Assembly: GCA_963706575.1 (NCBI GenBank)
Contig: CAVPNL010000014.1
Span: 64,001-128,000 of the forward strand
Direction: 5' to 3'
Source: an uncultured delta proteobacterium
GTDB taxonomy: Bacteria; Desulfobacterota; Desulfobacteria; Desulfobacterales; JAHEIW01
Length of the DNA: 64,000 nt
How positions within the stretch are numbered: the stretch's first letter is position 1; each line of letters starts with the position of its first letter. The translations under genes were made by a program, and so were the position numbers. Below are positions 1-8,253 of this stretch, in pieces. The notes under the pieces are model-generated. The model searched no databases, had not been told where the DNA came from, and was given only the letters and a program-made list of their open reading frames with translations.

Positions 1-593
1 AGCATCCGGCTTTTGTGAAACCGCTGCAACGCATAAACGCTGGCGCCTTTTATCAGGCGGCTTATATTTTCAATGACCGTTGAGGTCACGATGGGTTTGA
101 CGCAGGTGGTTCGAAACTCATAGGCAATCGCCGAACCCATAATAATCTCAATGCTTGAAAGGATGGCGGCCTCATTGCAGTTCGCCTTGATGTAGGTGGC
201 GTACCATCTCGGATCGGTTTTCATATCCATGGCAATGTAATCGACGAGCCCCTCATCAATGAGCCTTTTGATCACCCGGGGGCGGCTGCCGTTGGTATCC
301 AGTTTTACCGGAAATCCCATATTTTTTATGTGGCGGCATAAATCAAATAAATCCTCCTGAAGCGTGGGTTCACCGCCGGAAATAACCACGCCGTCCAAAA
401 ACCCTTTGCGGTTTTCGATGAAGCGATAGACATTGGCGGGATCAAATTCAGCAGAGCGCCCTGAGCAGTCTTTGACCAGGTCCGGATTATGACAATAGGG
501 ACAGTCAAAGTTACAGCCCGATAGAAATATCCCGCAACTTAACTTGCCCGGATAGTCAATCATCGAGTTTTTTAACAAACCACCGATGTTCAT
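1..593 (-). CDS. nrdG: Anaerobic ribonucleoside-triphosphate reductase activating protein (radical SAM), 3' end runs off the window
   Basis: Manual translation MNIGGLLKNSMIDYPGKLSCGIFLSGCNFDCPYCHNP with CxxxCxxC; directly downstream of nrdD. Confidence 0.92.
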   Translation of the reverse strand, partial: MNIGGLLKNSMIDYPGKLSCGIFLSGCNFDCPYCHNPDLVKDCSGRSAEFDPANVYRFIENRKGFLDGVVISGGEPTLQEDLFDLCRHIKNMGFPVKLDTNGSRPRVIKRLIDEGLVDYIAMDMKTDPRWYATYIKANCNEAAILSSIEIIMGSAIAYEFRTTCVKPIVTSTVIENISRLIKGASVYALQRFHKSRM

Positions 594-615
594 GGGTTCA
601 GGATCTCCTTATTAA

Positions 616-658
616 AGGTGTCAGGTGTCAGTATTGATCATGCTGACACCTGAAACCT
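616..658. repeat. Inverted array of 7-mer repeats (CAGGTGT / ACACCTG)
   Basis: aggtgtcaggtgtcag...ctgacacctgaaacct between nrdD and nrdG. Confidence 0.75.
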
Positions 659-662
659 CATG

Positions 663-2753
663 TTATGCCACCTTATAAACCGTGCGGTCGCTGTATTCCG
701 CCTGCTTGCCGTTATTCCATTGCTTGACAGGTCGCAAATAGCCGACGACCCTTGAATAAACTTCAGTTTCCTGATCACAGACCGAACACTTGGCCTGCTC
801 TCCATTAATATATCCATGCGATGGGCAGACGCTGAAAGTGGGCGTCAACGTAAAATACGGAAGTCGATAATTCGTTGCCACCTTACGGATCAAATTTTTG
901 ATGGCATCGATATCGTTGACCTGTTCGCCCAGAAAGATGTGCAGAACCGTGCCGCCGGTATATTTGGTCTGGAGCTGATCCTGCAGCTCCAGGGTTTGAA
1001 ATATATCATCGGTATAATTTACCGGGAGCTGGCTGGAGTTCGTATAGTAGGGTGCCGCCCCGCTGCGAAAGTCAATTTCATTGGCGCAGGTAATTTCCGG
1101 ATACTTCTTTTTGTCCAGCATGCAAAGACGGTATGATGTGCCTTCAGCCGGCGTGGCCTCAAGGTTGAAAATATCGCCGGTATCCTCCTGTATTTCAGAC
1201 ATCAGGTCGCGCAGAAAATCCATCACCTGCAATGCAAATTTATGACCGGCTTTGGAACTGATGTCTTCACCCAGAAAATTCAGACAGGCTTCATTCATGC
1301 CGATAATGCCGACGGTGGAGAAGTGATTTTTCCAGTAAAGGCCGGTCCCATTTTTGATATCCCGCAAATAAAACCGCGAGTAGGGATACAGGTTTTTATC
1401 GGTAAATAGCTCCAGAACTTTGCGCTTGATTGAAAGGCTCTCGGCCGCCAGCAGAACCTTTTCTTTTAAATTAGCAAAAAAATCTTTCACGCTCTGACTG
1501 ACATAACCAATACGCGGCAGGTTAATCGTTACCACGCCGATGGATCCCGTCAGGGGGTTGGCCCCAAAAAGGCCCCCGCCGCGCTTTAACAACTCCCGAT
1601 TGTCCAGGCGCAGACGGCAGCACATGGAGCGGGCATCTTCAGGCGCCATATCTGAATTGACAAAATTAGAAAAATAGGGAATCCCGTACTTTGCGGTCAT
1701 TTTCCAGATCATATCCAGATTGGGGTTGGTCCAATCAAAATCAGCCGTAATGTTGTAGGTGGGTATGGGAAAAGTAAAAACCCTGCCTTTAGCGTCGCCT
1801 TCCATCATGACTTCGGCAAAAGCCTTGTTTAATAAATCCATCTCCGGCTGAAACTCGCTATAAGTTTCTTCCTGCTCAATTCCGCCGATAATCACCGGCT
1901 GATCCTTTAAAACCGGTGAAACGTTTAAATCCAGGGTGATATTGGTAAATGGCGTCTGAAAGCCAACCCGGGTCGGAATGTTGATGTTAAAAATAAATTC
2001 CTGCAGGGCCTGCTTGACTTCTTTATAATCCAGCCCGTCATAGCGCACAAAAGGCGCCAGCAGAGTATCAAAATTGGAAATCGCCTGGGCACCGGCAGCT
2101 TCTCCCTGCAGGGTATAGAAAAAATTGACGATCTGCCCCAGAGCAGAGCGCAGATGTCTGGGTGCGGCGCTCTCGACTTTGCCCTCAACCCCCTTGAAGC
2201 CCTGCCGCAGCAAATCCTGCAGATCCCAGCCAACACAGTAAACCGATAAAAGATTCAGGTCGTGAATGTGCAGGTCACCGTTTTTATGAGCTTCTCGGAT
2301 TTCGGGCGGATAAATACTGTTTAACCAGTATTCGGAGGTCACCTCAGATGAAATGTAATTATTCAGGCCCTGCAGCGAATAACACATATTGCTGTTTTCT
2401 TTAATTTTCCAGTCCAGTTTCTGAATATAGTGGTTGACCAGGTTGACGTTGGCCCGGGTGGTAATCTGCCGGATCTGGGCATGCTGTTCACGGTATAAGA
2501 TATAGGCTTTCGCCGTTTTAAAGAACGGGGAATCCAGCAGTACCGCTTCAACGATGTCCTGGATCTCCTCGACTTCCGGCACCGGGTCCAGCTTCATTTC
2601 ATGCGCCAGCGTTAAAACCCGCAGGGTTAGCTTTCTGGCTTCTTTTTCTTCAAATTCACCGCTTGCATTGCCTGCTTTGGCGATGGCTGCGGTGATTTTA
2701 GATGAATCGAAATCGACAATTCTTCCATCTCTTTTTTTAATACTTTCAAACAC
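663..2753 (-). CDS. nrdD: Class III anaerobic ribonucleoside-triphosphate reductase with N-terminal ATP cone
   Basis: ATP cone (IKKRDGRIVDFD), SMCCRL active site, C-terminal Zn motif, glycyl-radical motif YSRVVGYL; GTG start. Confidence 0.96.
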   Translation of the reverse strand: MFESIKKRDGRIVDFDSSKITAAIAKAGNASGEFEEKEARKLTLRVLTLAHEMKLDPVPEVEEIQDIVEAVLLDSPFFKTAKAYILYREQHAQIRQITTRANVNLVNHYIQKLDWKIKENSNMCYSLQGLNNYISSEVTSEYWLNSIYPPEIREAHKNGDLHIHDLNLLSVYCVGWDLQDLLRQGFKGVEGKVESAAPRHLRSALGQIVNFFYTLQGEAAGAQAISNFDTLLAPFVRYDGLDYKEVKQALQEFIFNINIPTRVGFQTPFTNITLDLNVSPVLKDQPVIIGGIEQEETYSEFQPEMDLLNKAFAEVMMEGDAKGRVFTFPIPTYNITADFDWTNPNLDMIWKMTAKYGIPYFSNFVNSDMAPEDARSMCCRLRLDNRELLKRGGGLFGANPLTGSIGVVTINLPRIGYVSQSVKDFFANLKEKVLLAAESLSIKRKVLELFTDKNLYPYSRFYLRDIKNGTGLYWKNHFSTVGIIGMNEACLNFLGEDISSKAGHKFALQVMDFLRDLMSEIQEDTGDIFNLEATPAEGTSYRLCMLDKKKYPEITCANEIDFRSGAAPYYTNSSQLPVNYTDDIFQTLELQDQLQTKYTGGTVLHIFLGEQVNDIDAIKNLIRKVATNYRLPYFTLTPTFSVCPSHGYINGEQAKCSVCDQETEVYSRVVGYLRPVKQWNNGKQAEYSDRTVYKVA

Positions 2754-2899
2754 TTAAGCCACCTCTCATCGTTTTATTTCCACTAATCAATTATTTTGCG
2801 CAAATGAAGTCCCATCTTCGCATCCAGAGAAAGCTCTGTTTAAAACCGATTTTAGGCACCTAAATATCAATGGTAATGGTTACAACTGACAGAAATGTC

Positions 2900-3046
2900 T
2901 AGAAGTGGTTTCAAAATCTCAGATCAGGTTCAAGGGCAAGGCGCAGGCCGATCGAGAAAGCGCAGCATACACAGGGTATGTGAGCATTTATCGGAGGGCT
3001 ACAACGCGGCCATTGGGCCTTAGATGGGGTTTTGAAACCACTTCTA
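2900..3046. mobile_element. MITE-like non-autonomous element, copy 1 (about 147 bp including flanking TA)
   Basis: Terminal inverted repeats TAGAAGTGGTTTCAAAA...TTTTGAAACCACTTCTA; closely similar copy at 22127-22272. Confidence 0.85.
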
Positions 3047-3177
3047 AGGGATTTGACCAAAGAAAGGGGCTTAACAAAGCCCCCAACGTGTAAAATAGAG
3101 TAAATTACTGTAAAGTTCTGTAAAGCCAGAGAGGCAAAAAAAACCACAATATGTGGTTTTCCATCCAAGCAGATTTT

Positions 3178-3230
3178 ATTCTACCACTATATATTGATAT
3201 TTGTCAATAAAAAAAATCAATATATAGTGT
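3178..3230 (-). promoter_or_regulatory. nrdD sigma70 promoter with tandem NrdR boxes
   Basis: Minus strand TTGACA-N18-TAGAAT; boxes ccaCTATATATTGata (3184-3199) and aatCAATATATAGtgt (3215-3230) 31 bp apart; weaker box at 3144-3159. Confidence 0.85.
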
Positions 3231-3354
3231 GTTTTTTATAAATAAAACAATAGAATAAGCACTTTTTATCATAAAAACAAGATGTTATAAGTGAAACTCT
3301 GCAATTTTGCGGGCACCCTGCCATTTTCGGCTGACTTTTACTGCTGGAAAAGGA

Positions 3355-3534
3355 TCTGGTTTCTGGGCTTCTAAGGTTCTGGGTTCAGAAGTTCAGAATT
3401 CAAAATTTCAGGTTTCAAGAGTTACATCTGCTTAATTGGTTCGATTGGTTTAATTGGTTCGAATTAAATCAACCAATACAACAAGTCCTTGTACCTTGAA
3501 CCTTTGAACCGGGAGACTGACATCTGTCCTCTGA
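3355..3534. repeat. Nested inverted tandem-repeat element (outer GGTTCA/TGAACC arrays, inner AATTGGTTC/AACCAAT arrays)
   Basis: Shares linker sequences with the elements at about 20.0, 21.0 and 26.9 kb. Confidence 0.75.
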
Positions 3535-4440
3535 CTATGGTGTTACCCAGATGTAGTCCGCTATAGCCAGATCAATCTCCTTCCCCGCCGAAACCGGGTA
3601 TAGGGTTCGAAATGAGGCGCTTGTGCGGCGAAAGGTCCGATCCGGGATACCGTATTTGTATTGAATGTGGCCGTTGCCGGCCAGAACAACGATCCTTTTT
3701 TCGCCAAGATTAGCCGCAACCGATTCCGCCATGATTTCATCCCAGACGCACTGTACCATATAAAAATCATCGAATTTGACGTTGCCCCTGAGTTGATGTT
3801 GATTGAATACTTGCTCTACATATTCACGATGAGCAGCGTTGGATGTGTCGATCTCTTTTGGCAGATATTGCTTGTCGGTATCGGGCAAACTGTCTATTCC
3901 ACCGACCCGAATGCGGCCCGGAATGTGAAAAGGAATGTTCAAAGCAACGATTTTGATTTTGTTTTGCTTTATGAACCCGAGGATCTCCCGGTACAAGGCG
4001 AAATCAAATTGCCAGTTGGCATACCAGTGAACTTTTCGTAAAAAGGTTTCTTCATCCAGCACGCCGGCCGACCATAAATCCAGCACCTCCTGGTATGAAC
4101 GATCAAACATTTCCATTCCTACGCGCATGGAAGGGGTGTTTTTAAAAGTGGCTTCAATTATTTTTAGCTGGATCGCGTGATGGGCGGGGTTGGTGTGATT
4201 TTCTCCGACAAAAATAATCTGATGGCGGTTTAGATCTGCCATCAGCTGGTCAAAGGTGATCACCTTGCCGGATTTCGTCGAAATAACCTTGCCCGGTTTA
4301 ACAGTCTGCGATGTATCTTTAATCATCACCGTATCGGATTTCCCGGCGCATCCCCATAGAAAGCTGATCGCCGCGAGACCGATATATAAGCGTCGGAAGA
4401 ACACGTAAATTTTCCCTTTTCCATCGGTTTTGGGGTACAT
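3535..4440 (-). CDS. ChaN-family lipoprotein (haem-uptake/Tiki-like superfamily)
   Basis: Lipobox LWGC; VGENH..PAHH, GMEMF, WDEIMA and LAGNGH motifs. Confidence 0.8.
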   Translation of the reverse strand: MYPKTDGKGKIYVFFRRLYIGLAAISFLWGCAGKSDTVMIKDTSQTVKPGKVISTKSGKVITFDQLMADLNRHQIIFVGENHTNPAHHAIQLKIIEATFKNTPSMRVGMEMFDRSYQEVLDLWSAGVLDEETFLRKVHWYANWQFDFALYREILGFIKQNKIKIVALNIPFHIPGRIRVGGIDSLPDTDKQYLPKEIDTSNAAHREYVEQVFNQHQLRGNVKFDDFYMVQCVWDEIMAESVAANLGEKRIVVLAGNGHIQYKYGIPDRTFRRTSASFRTLYPVSAGKEIDLAIADYIWVTP

Positions 4441-4563
4441 GTGACACCTTGATTTTTCACGTTAAGATCGCTAAGATTAAATATTGAGTAATGCGTAATG
4501 GATAATGAAGAATGCATCCGGCCATTTGGTTAGAAAAGCGATCCGCAATAAGGTTAAAAGCCT

Positions 4564-4821
4564 ATGCCTGCCGATAAAAACCCGGTATTCAGAAAAGCGG
4601 TTATTCCCTGGTACAAATCCACCAGCGCTTATATCATTATGATCATATTTATGCTCGTGGTGTTTTTCTTTGCATTGGCCGGCATTTCGGTTGCCAGGGA
4701 ATTCCCCGAATACCAGGGATATGTATGGGTGCCGGCTGTATTACTTGCCATGAGCGCCGGGATTATCATTACCACAACCGCCCGTCTGATCAAACGCTAT
4801 TCCCATAAACCCGCCAGATAG
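4564..4821 (+). CDS. Small two-TM hypothetical membrane protein
   Basis: 85-aa ORF with two hydrophobic helices filling the intergenic gap. Confidence 0.65.
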   Translation: MPADKNPVFRKAVIPWYKSTSAYIIMIIFMLVVFFFALAGISVAREFPEYQGYVWVPAVLLAMSAGIIITTTARLIKRYSHKPAR

Positions 4822-4873
4822 ACTTGACGGCATGGCAAAAACCAGTTGCCAGGACCCGGGGCAATTCAATGGC

Positions 4874-5479
4874 TCAATGAACGAGCGGATAAATGAGCTC
4901 AATGAAGCGGTGAAGTATTTTAGCAGTCGCCCCCCATATGACAACGTCCCCAACTGGATATTCGAGTTCGCCTGTATTCATCTGGCGATCATGATAACGT
5001 TTGGCCCGATGGATGCCGACAAGCGTTTTCAGTGGAATTTCCAGAATTCTCGCGATTTCCGTAGCATCGAATCGAATCGACCCCTTGCCGTTCCATAGCC
5101 CGATGAACGCCTCGATGTCCCTGGGTCTTGTAAGGGTTTGAAAGTGTCCCAGGGATCCGATGAAATCTACCTGATCCTGACTGATGTTCAGCTCTTCTTC
5201 CAGCTCCCGGTAAGCGGCTGCAACCGGACCGGCATCAGAAATTTCCACATGGCCTCCTGGCAGTGCCACCTGGTTTCGCCAGGGGTAGCCTTCAGTATCT
5301 GATTTTTGAATGGCCAGAATATGCGGATCCGGCCGATCGAAAAGCAGCAAAAATACACTTGCAGGCACCCGGTAAGCATCCGCGGGAGATCCATTCGGCC
5401 TGGAATTGACGATAATTTCTTTTAGACGAGGATAATCGATGATTTCAATTCCTCTGAAAATTATGATCGGGTAAAACAC
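4874..5479 (-). CDS. Nudix hydrolase, CoA pyrophosphatase family
   Basis: QVALPGG...AAAYRELEEEL Nudix box and IWGATA motif; start uncertain. Confidence 0.85.
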   Translation of the reverse strand: MFYPIIIFRGIEIIDYPRLKEIIVNSRPNGSPADAYRVPASVFLLLFDRPDPHILAIQKSDTEGYPWRNQVALPGGHVEISDAGPVAAAYRELEEELNISQDQVDFIGSLGHFQTLTRPRDIEAFIGLWNGKGSIRFDATEIARILEIPLKTLVGIHRAKRYHDRQMNTGELEYPVGDVVIWGATAKILHRFIELIYPLVH

Positions 5480-5492
5480 ACGATGGTTATTC

Positions 5493-5927
5493 TTATGAGG
5501 CCGCTTTCAGGATTGACTTTAAGATGCGCTTTAACAGCTCCGGCGGTATATATCCAGGGCGACGACCGATTATCTGCCCGTTTTCAGCAATAAATATGGT
5601 GTCCGGCAGCCCTCTGACACGGTAAAAATCGGATGTTTTTTTTTCTCTGTCATAATCGACTTTGATGGAAATAAAATTTTCATTCAAAGATGAAATGATC
5701 GCCGTGTCGTTAAATGTCTCCTTTTCCATTACACCGCAATAATAGCACCACTCCGCGGTAAAATGTAAAAACACCTTCTTTTTTTCAAATTTGCTGCGGG
5801 CCATTCCATCATCGTAAGAATGCCATTCAATCTCCGTTGTCTGGGTTGAAGAGGCAGAGGCATTAATGAAAATAAACACGGAAAATAATAATGGCAGTAT
5901 GATTAAACCGGCGGTTTTAAACTTCAT
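5493..5927 (-). CDS. Exported thioredoxin-family protein
   Basis: Signal peptide, WCYYC active site, GLPD cis-Pro loop; start moved to the ATG after an SD-like sequence. Confidence 0.8.
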   Translation of the reverse strand: MKFKTAGLIILPLLFSVFIFINASASSTQTTEIEWHSYDDGMARSKFEKKKVFLHFTAEWCYYCGVMEKETFNDTAIISSLNENFISIKVDYDREKKTSDFYRVRGLPDTIFIAENGQIIGRRPGYIPPELLKRILKSILKAAS

Positions 5928-6139
5928 TCCTTTCCTCGTTATGGTTGAAGGTACGAATCGGACAAGCTCGGAGTGTTGAAGCGATTCACAATTTGGGCAC
6001 CAGTGATAGTCTACCATCAATTCTGAACGGTGGCAAATCCGGGAATTGGAGTTTTCGGAGACAATCAACCGCCGGTTGTGAAACACACCAACTGTCGTTT
6101 GCAGTATCGATGAGAGGGCGGATTCATTGCCAGGCTCTT

Positions 6140-7003
6140 TCAGGCCTTCGGAGTGTCAGAACGATTATTGGAAAAATTTTTGATCATTATTTCACCCAGT
6201 TCCTTGGAACGGTTCGTCGCAACCTCCACGGCATTAATCAGGGTGGTACGCAACCCGCCCTGTTCCAGGGTGGCCAGACCGGCAATCGCAGTACCTCCCG
6301 GAGATGTCACTCTGTCTCTGAGCTGGCCCGGGTGCTCCTGGGTCTCGATCAACATTTTGGCGGCGCCCAAAACCGTTTGGGCGGACAGGAATAACGCTTC
6401 CTGGCGCGACAGCCCCACCTTCACACCGGCATCTGCCATGGCCTCAACAATTAAAAAGATATAGGCCGGACCGCTGCCGCTCAAACCGGTAATCGCATCC
6501 ATCAGGTAATTTTCGGGAATAAAGACGGTCTTACCGATTGAATTGAAAATGGTCATCGCCAGCTTGATATCCTCTTCGGTGGCATGTTTGCCGGCGGCAA
6601 CGGCTGTAGCCGCTTCTTTAACGGCCGCAGCGATGTTGGGCATGACCCGGATCAGGCGCAGCTTTTTGTCAAGACAGGACTCGATGGCTTCCATGGGAAC
6701 ACCGGCCGCAATCGAAATAATGAGTTTGGACATATCGAGTTTTTCGGCGGTTTCGTTGAGAACGGCCGCCATGATCTGGGGCTTCACGGCATAAATAACA
6801 ATATCTGAATCAGCGACTGCTTCCGGATTGTTCGGTGTCGTTCGAACCCCGTATTCTTCCTGTATGGCCTTAAGTTTGGCTTCCCGAACATCGGTGCAAA
6901 TGATATTTTTGGGTTTGGATGACGCCGAGCTAATCAGACCGCTGATGAGGGCTTCTCCCATATTGCCCGTTCCAATGATGCAAATTTTTTTGTCTCTTAA
7001 CAT
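6140..7003 (-). CDS. proC: Pyrroline-5-carboxylate reductase
   Basis: IGTGNMG, AVKPQ, RVMPN, GLSGSGPAY and VTSPGGT motifs. Confidence 0.97.
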   Translation of the reverse strand: MLRDKKICIIGTGNMGEALISGLISSASSKPKNIICTDVREAKLKAIQEEYGVRTTPNNPEAVADSDIVIYAVKPQIMAAVLNETAEKLDMSKLIISIAAGVPMEAIESCLDKKLRLIRVMPNIAAAVKEAATAVAAGKHATEEDIKLAMTIFNSIGKTVFIPENYLMDAITGLSGSGPAYIFLIVEAMADAGVKVGLSRQEALFLSAQTVLGAAKMLIETQEHPGQLRDRVTSPGGTAIAGLATLEQGGLRTTLINAVEVATNRSKELGEIMIKNFSNNRSDTPKA

Positions 7004-7240
7004 AATGATGAACTCCGTTTCGCTAATTTTTCGATGGAAACTACCGGCAACCCCTTATGCTCGCCGGGCAAACCGCTTTGATTGTATGAATTTCTCTTAA
7101 AATTCTGCAATTTATAGCTTGCCCGGAAGGTAGTCAAGAAAATAATAAAATAATCAGGAATAATCAGAATTACGCCTGTAGCGGAATTTCTATATGGCCG
7201 CTGCCCGATTGCGGTTCTGTTTGGCCGCCTGGATTTCATC

Positions 7241-7285
7241 TTGACACGGTTCCTAAATAAAATTATAATGGTCTAACCATTATAA
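7241..7285 (+). promoter_or_regulatory. Consensus sigma70 promoter overlapped by a FadR/GntR-type operator
   Basis: TTGACA(7241)-N17-TATAAT(7264); palindrome TTATAATGGT-cta-ACCATTATAA (7263-7285). Confidence 0.85.
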
Positions 7286-7342
7286 GGTTTTCCAGCCAAC
7301 CGTTCGCCTAAGAATTCTTATGGAACGAAAGGAAAAGCACTC

Positions 7343-8080
7343 ATGTTCCAGGCAGCCAAGCAAACCAAGGTTTTTCAGGATGTTGTAATGCAAATCCAGG
7401 AAGCTATCCTCGACGGACGGCTAAAGACTGGAGATACCCTTCCTTCCGAGAGGCAGCTCAAGGACATGTTTAATATTAGTCGCGGCACATTGCGTGAGGC
7501 TCTGCGAGTTCTGGAACAAAAGGGCTTAATCGAAATCAAACTCGGTGTCGGCGGCGGTTCGGTGGTAAAAGATTTGAATGCCGACCAGGTTAGCGAAGGT
7601 CTGGCCCTGTTAATCCGTTCGCAAAAGGTCTCGTTGAATCATCTGGCTGAATTTCGCGAAGATGTCGAAAGCATCGTCGCCGCCCGTGCAGCCGCCGGAA
7701 GTTCGGCGGCAGACATCGATAAACTCACCGAACTTTTAGATGAGGCCCGCAAATGCATTGATGCAGGCCCTTCTCAACGGGATGCCTTTATCGAAATTGA
7801 CAAAAGCATCCACATGACCCTGGCACAGCTTACGGAAAACCCAATTTACATATCGGTGCTGCATTCCGTCCACGACAACATCCATCGCTATTATGATAAG
7901 TTTCTATCCATGGATGAACGCGAGTTGCAGGAAAATTATCGGGACCTCTGTGATCTTGTTCAGGCAGTGGAAAAGGGACAGGCCGACCGTGCCCGCCGTC
8001 TGGCCCGCGACCATGTCCACCGATTCAATCGGTATATGAAAAGCAAGGAAAAGAAAGTGACTAAAGTTTCGAGTGACTAA
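7343..8080 (+). CDS. FadR/GntR-family transcriptional regulator
   Basis: LPSERQL...SRGTLREAL wHTH plus FCD domain. Confidence 0.93.
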   Translation: MFQAAKQTKVFQDVVMQIQEAILDGRLKTGDTLPSERQLKDMFNISRGTLREALRVLEQKGLIEIKLGVGGGSVVKDLNADQVSEGLALLIRSQKVSLNHLAEFREDVESIVAARAAAGSSAADIDKLTELLDEARKCIDAGPSQRDAFIEIDKSIHMTLAQLTENPIYISVLHSVHDNIHRYYDKFLSMDERELQENYRDLCDLVQAVEKGQADRARRLARDHVHRFNRYMKSKEKKVTKVSSD

Positions 8081-8182
8081 AGTGACTAAAGTTGAGGTAT
8101 CGCTGTGCTCCATCTTTTATATAAAAGGATAGAATTCCTCAACTTTAGTCACTTTAGCTCACTTTAGGCATTTTAGGCACTT
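8054..8182. repeat. Inverted 9-mer array element (AAAGTGACT / ACTTTAGTC) with conserved core
   Basis: Arms flank core ggtatcgctgtgctccatc...atagaattcc; relatives at 25.1, 49.9, 55.8 and 59.9 kb. Confidence 0.8.
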
Positions 8183-8253
8183 ATAAAAAATCTACTGACC
8201 TTGAAAAAGGCAAGTTATCGCGCAACCAAAAAATGAATTTGGAGGGCACACAT

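Noticed and set aside
2790..2870. Cobalamin riboswitch in the nrdD leader
   Set aside because: Only an AGGTGCC-like start on the minus strand; the GGGAA, GCxACTG and B12-box elements are missing
2905..3168. ORFs 2905-3093, 2911-3168 and 22077-22430, which share peptide similarity
   Set aside because: The similarity comes from reading through the MITE copies
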